Shown: positions 58,686 through 60,237 of the stretch, piece by piece
How the letters are laid out: each line of letters opens with the position of its first letter
How positions within the stretch are numbered: the stretch's first letter is position 1
Origin: Thermoanaerobaculia bacterium
GTDB taxonomy: Bacteria; Acidobacteriota; Thermoanaerobaculia; Gp7-AA8
Assembly: GCA_051305935.1 (NCBI GenBank)
Contig: JBPPMG010000108.1
Span: 1-60,237 of the forward strand
DNA length: 60,237 nucleotides
Reading direction: 5' to 3'
Translations under genes and position numbers: made by a program
Notes under the pieces: generated by a model
Told to the model about the DNA's origin: nothing
Seen by the model: the letters and a program-made list of their open reading frames with translations, nothing else
The model's database searches: none

Positions 58686-58727
58686 AACGTGAGGGATACG
58701 TCGAGAGGCGCGCAGTCGCGCCGTCCA

Positions 58728-58831
58728 GGCTAGCTTTTCGCTTCGGCCCATTGCTACGCGCTGGGCAGAGTGTTGGTAACTTGTTTGGGCAGCGCGGGCG
58801 CGTAGCAGCCGCTGGGTTCGGTACGTTAGGG
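58728..58831 (+). repeat. attC-like site 3 (most degenerate copy)
   Basis: GGCTAGC ... TTGCTACGCGC / GCGCGTAGCAG ... GTTAGGG. Same length class and position (3' of the ORF block) as the other sites. Confidence 0.45.
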
Positions 58832-58876
58832 CGCCCGGGGATCGGCGAAGCGGGCGATCCTTGTTATGATGGTCGC

Positions 58877-59524
58877 ATGAGCATCGACATGTTCATTCCC
58901 GTCTCTCTGGCCGTTATCACGGTTGCGATCGGGTATCTCGGAGTCCATCTCACGCTACATCCGTTACCCGTCGAGGACCCGGCGCTTCGAAGGGCGCAGA
59001 TGCGGTACAAGGTGTCCTTCGTCGTTCTTTCGCTCGTCGGCGTTGCGCTGATCGGTTGGCAGGCCGCCAGAAGCCAGGTTACTCCGTCGGTATGGCATCG
59101 ACCAATCACGGCTGAAGAGTCGAAGGCCTTCGTGACGACTCTAAGTCGGGAACCCCACTCACCGAGCGTGCGCATAGGCTGTGCGGCCAACGACGAGGCG
59201 GCTTGCGTGCTGGCATCCCAGTTGATCGTGCAATTTCAAACGGCTGGGTGGAAGGTTGAGAAGCTACCGGCGGAGAGACTAATGCTTCCTCGAGCTCTCC
59301 TGGGTGTGGCCGTGTTCGCGCACGGTACCGGTGTTGCGGATCCCTCGAACTCCCGGTCCGGTCTTTGGGTAGCTCACACGCCCACGCTCACGACCCTTAG
59401 CGACGCATTGAGGGAACTTGGCATCAACGCACAGGTCACAGCGGACGCCGCCATGCCAGATGGAGTCTTCGGAATTTACTGCGGCCCGGACCCCGGCCCG
59501 AGAACGCCGTATTACGCGGAATGA
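58877..59524 (+). CDS. Cassette 4: hypothetical membrane protein (two N-terminal TM segments plus a soluble domain)
   Basis: MSIDMFIPVSLAVITVAIGYLGVHL... I chose the ATG at 58877 because the upstream part of track ORF 58625-59524 runs through attC-like site 3. Confidence 0.6.
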   Translation: MSIDMFIPVSLAVITVAIGYLGVHLTLHPLPVEDPALRRAQMRYKVSFVVLSLVGVALIGWQAARSQVTPSVWHRPITAEESKAFVTTLSREPHSPSVRIGCAANDEAACVLASQLIVQFQTAGWKVEKLPAERLMLPRALLGVAVFAHGTGVADPSNSRSGLWVAHTPTLTTLSDALRELGINAQVTADAAMPDGVFGIYCGPDPGPRTPYYAE

Positions 59525-59552
59525 GTTTGCTTGTTGTTCGTCCGAAACTGCG

Positions 59553-59655
59553 GCCTAACGATGGCATGCACCGGGCCAAAACGCGCAACTCAAAGTTTCG
59601 AAGGCTGGTATGATAGCGCGTGCGCGTTTTGGCCGGTGAGCGCATGCGGTTCGGC
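59553..59655 (+). repeat. attC-like site 4
   Basis: GCCTAAC (perfect RYYYAAC) ... GCATGCACCGGGCCAAAACGCGCA / TGCGCGTTTTGGCCGGTGAGCGCATGC ... GTTCGGC. Confidence 0.55.
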
Positions 59656-59739
59656 GGTTCGGAAACGTGTGCCATGCCGACGACACCCGTGGACAGAACT
59701 AGCGGTACTGCCTAGGCTGACTCTCGAAATGGGGATGTA

Positions 59740-60222
59740 ATGAGCACTCGCTATCGCGAACTTGCGGGCGTTGCCGCAAAGGTGCATCTCTCGCTAATTC
59801 TAACTTCGGCTGCCCTTCTTGCCGCGCACACCACAATCGCACCGCGGAGTATTGACAAGGCGCTGCTCGAGCTTCAGTCCATACGTGACGTCATGACGCG
59901 GGTGGCAACGCATGACTTCCAGCCAGACGTACAGGTCTGGTTGGATCACGCCACCCCCAGCAAGCTGGCCGGGCGCTGGAGCTTCGCGTGGCAGTGGGAG
60001 GCGAACGGGATTTACGTCGGGCAGCGCTTCTCTTATGACGGAAGACCCTTTCTGGTAACGCTGGCCGGGTCCGGTACTCCAGTGGCGGTACGTTTCCCAG
60101 GCGCACCTGTCGGCGATCTCCCTAAAATCCCCCCATCCGATCACCTAATTTTCCCCCCTCTCGACAGCGGCAACCCGGAGAGGGGGATTCCATGCAGAAC
60201 GAGGTTGAATCCGACATCCTGA
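59740..60222 (+). CDS. Cassette 5: hypothetical protein with an N-terminal hydrophobic segment
   Basis: 160 aa. GGGGA RBS 7 nt upstream. ...VHLSLILTSAALLAAHTTIA... I recognise no family. Confidence 0.55.
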   Translation: MSTRYRELAGVAAKVHLSLILTSAALLAAHTTIAPRSIDKALLELQSIRDVMTRVATHDFQPDVQVWLDHATPSKLAGRWSFAWQWEANGIYVGQRFSYDGRPFLVTLAGSGTPVAVRFPGAPVGDLPKIPPSDHLIFPPLDSGNPERGIPCRTRLNPTS

Positions 60223-60237
60223 TCGCGACGGCAGACA

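Larger units (their letters stand above)
53177..60237 (+). mobile_element. Integron-type gene-cassette array with no adjacent integrase (CALIN-like); continues beyond the window end
   Basis: Lower G+C. ORF blocks are each followed by a ~100-bp imperfect palindrome bounded by RYYYAAC...GTTRRRY, all in one orientation. An isolated GTTAGGC sits at the left edge. Confidence 0.6.

Noticed and set aside
54812-59655. Repeated ~100-bp elements, considered as a CRISPR array.
   Set aside because: The repeats are about 100 bp, internally palindromic and only partly similar to one another. They are separated by 0.8-3 kb segments containing full ORFs, and no cas genes are present.

Overview
High-G+C bacterial chromosomal segment. 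The phylum is not determinable by eye; the protein style resembles Acidobacteriota, but that is a guess. Three parts. (1) 1-18.3 kb holds an uninterrupted ribosomal super-operon on the + strand: fusA 3' end, tuf, then the S10, spc and alpha blocks, including secY, adk, map, infA and rpoA. (2) 18.3-53.2 kb is ordinary chromosome. It carries redox and hydrolase genes, a HEAT-cyclophilin-thioredoxin-like lipoprotein and rfbB. It also carries second-messenger and signalling proteins (TPR plus dual cNMP-binding, PilZ, hybrid histidine kinase), a MacB-like ABC exporter, an NfeD/SPFH pair, psd and a UDG-family gene. An orphan lasso-peptide-B2-like peptidase sits next to a (TAACAAC)x7 microsatellite. 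A glycogen cluster (malQ, PFK, GH57, glgB) is interrupted by a Ser/Thr kinase fused to a TonB-C domain and by REP-like nested palindromes. (3) 53.2-60.2 kb is a visibly lower-G+C island that starts 8 bp after a flavin reductase gene. Four ~100-bp imperfect palindromes, each bounded by RYYYAAC...GTTRRRY boxes, follow successive ORF blocks in one orientation. I read this as an integron-type gene-cassette array with no integrase where one is expected (CALIN-like). Its cassettes encode a HEPN-motif (RNxxxH) protein, small membrane proteins of unknown function, and a complete dcm / vsr / EcoRII-like restriction module. This island is the best candidate for undescribed defence functions. I recognised no rRNA, tRNA or CRISPR. 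Many long ORFs in the supplied track are antisense artefacts of the high G+C content.
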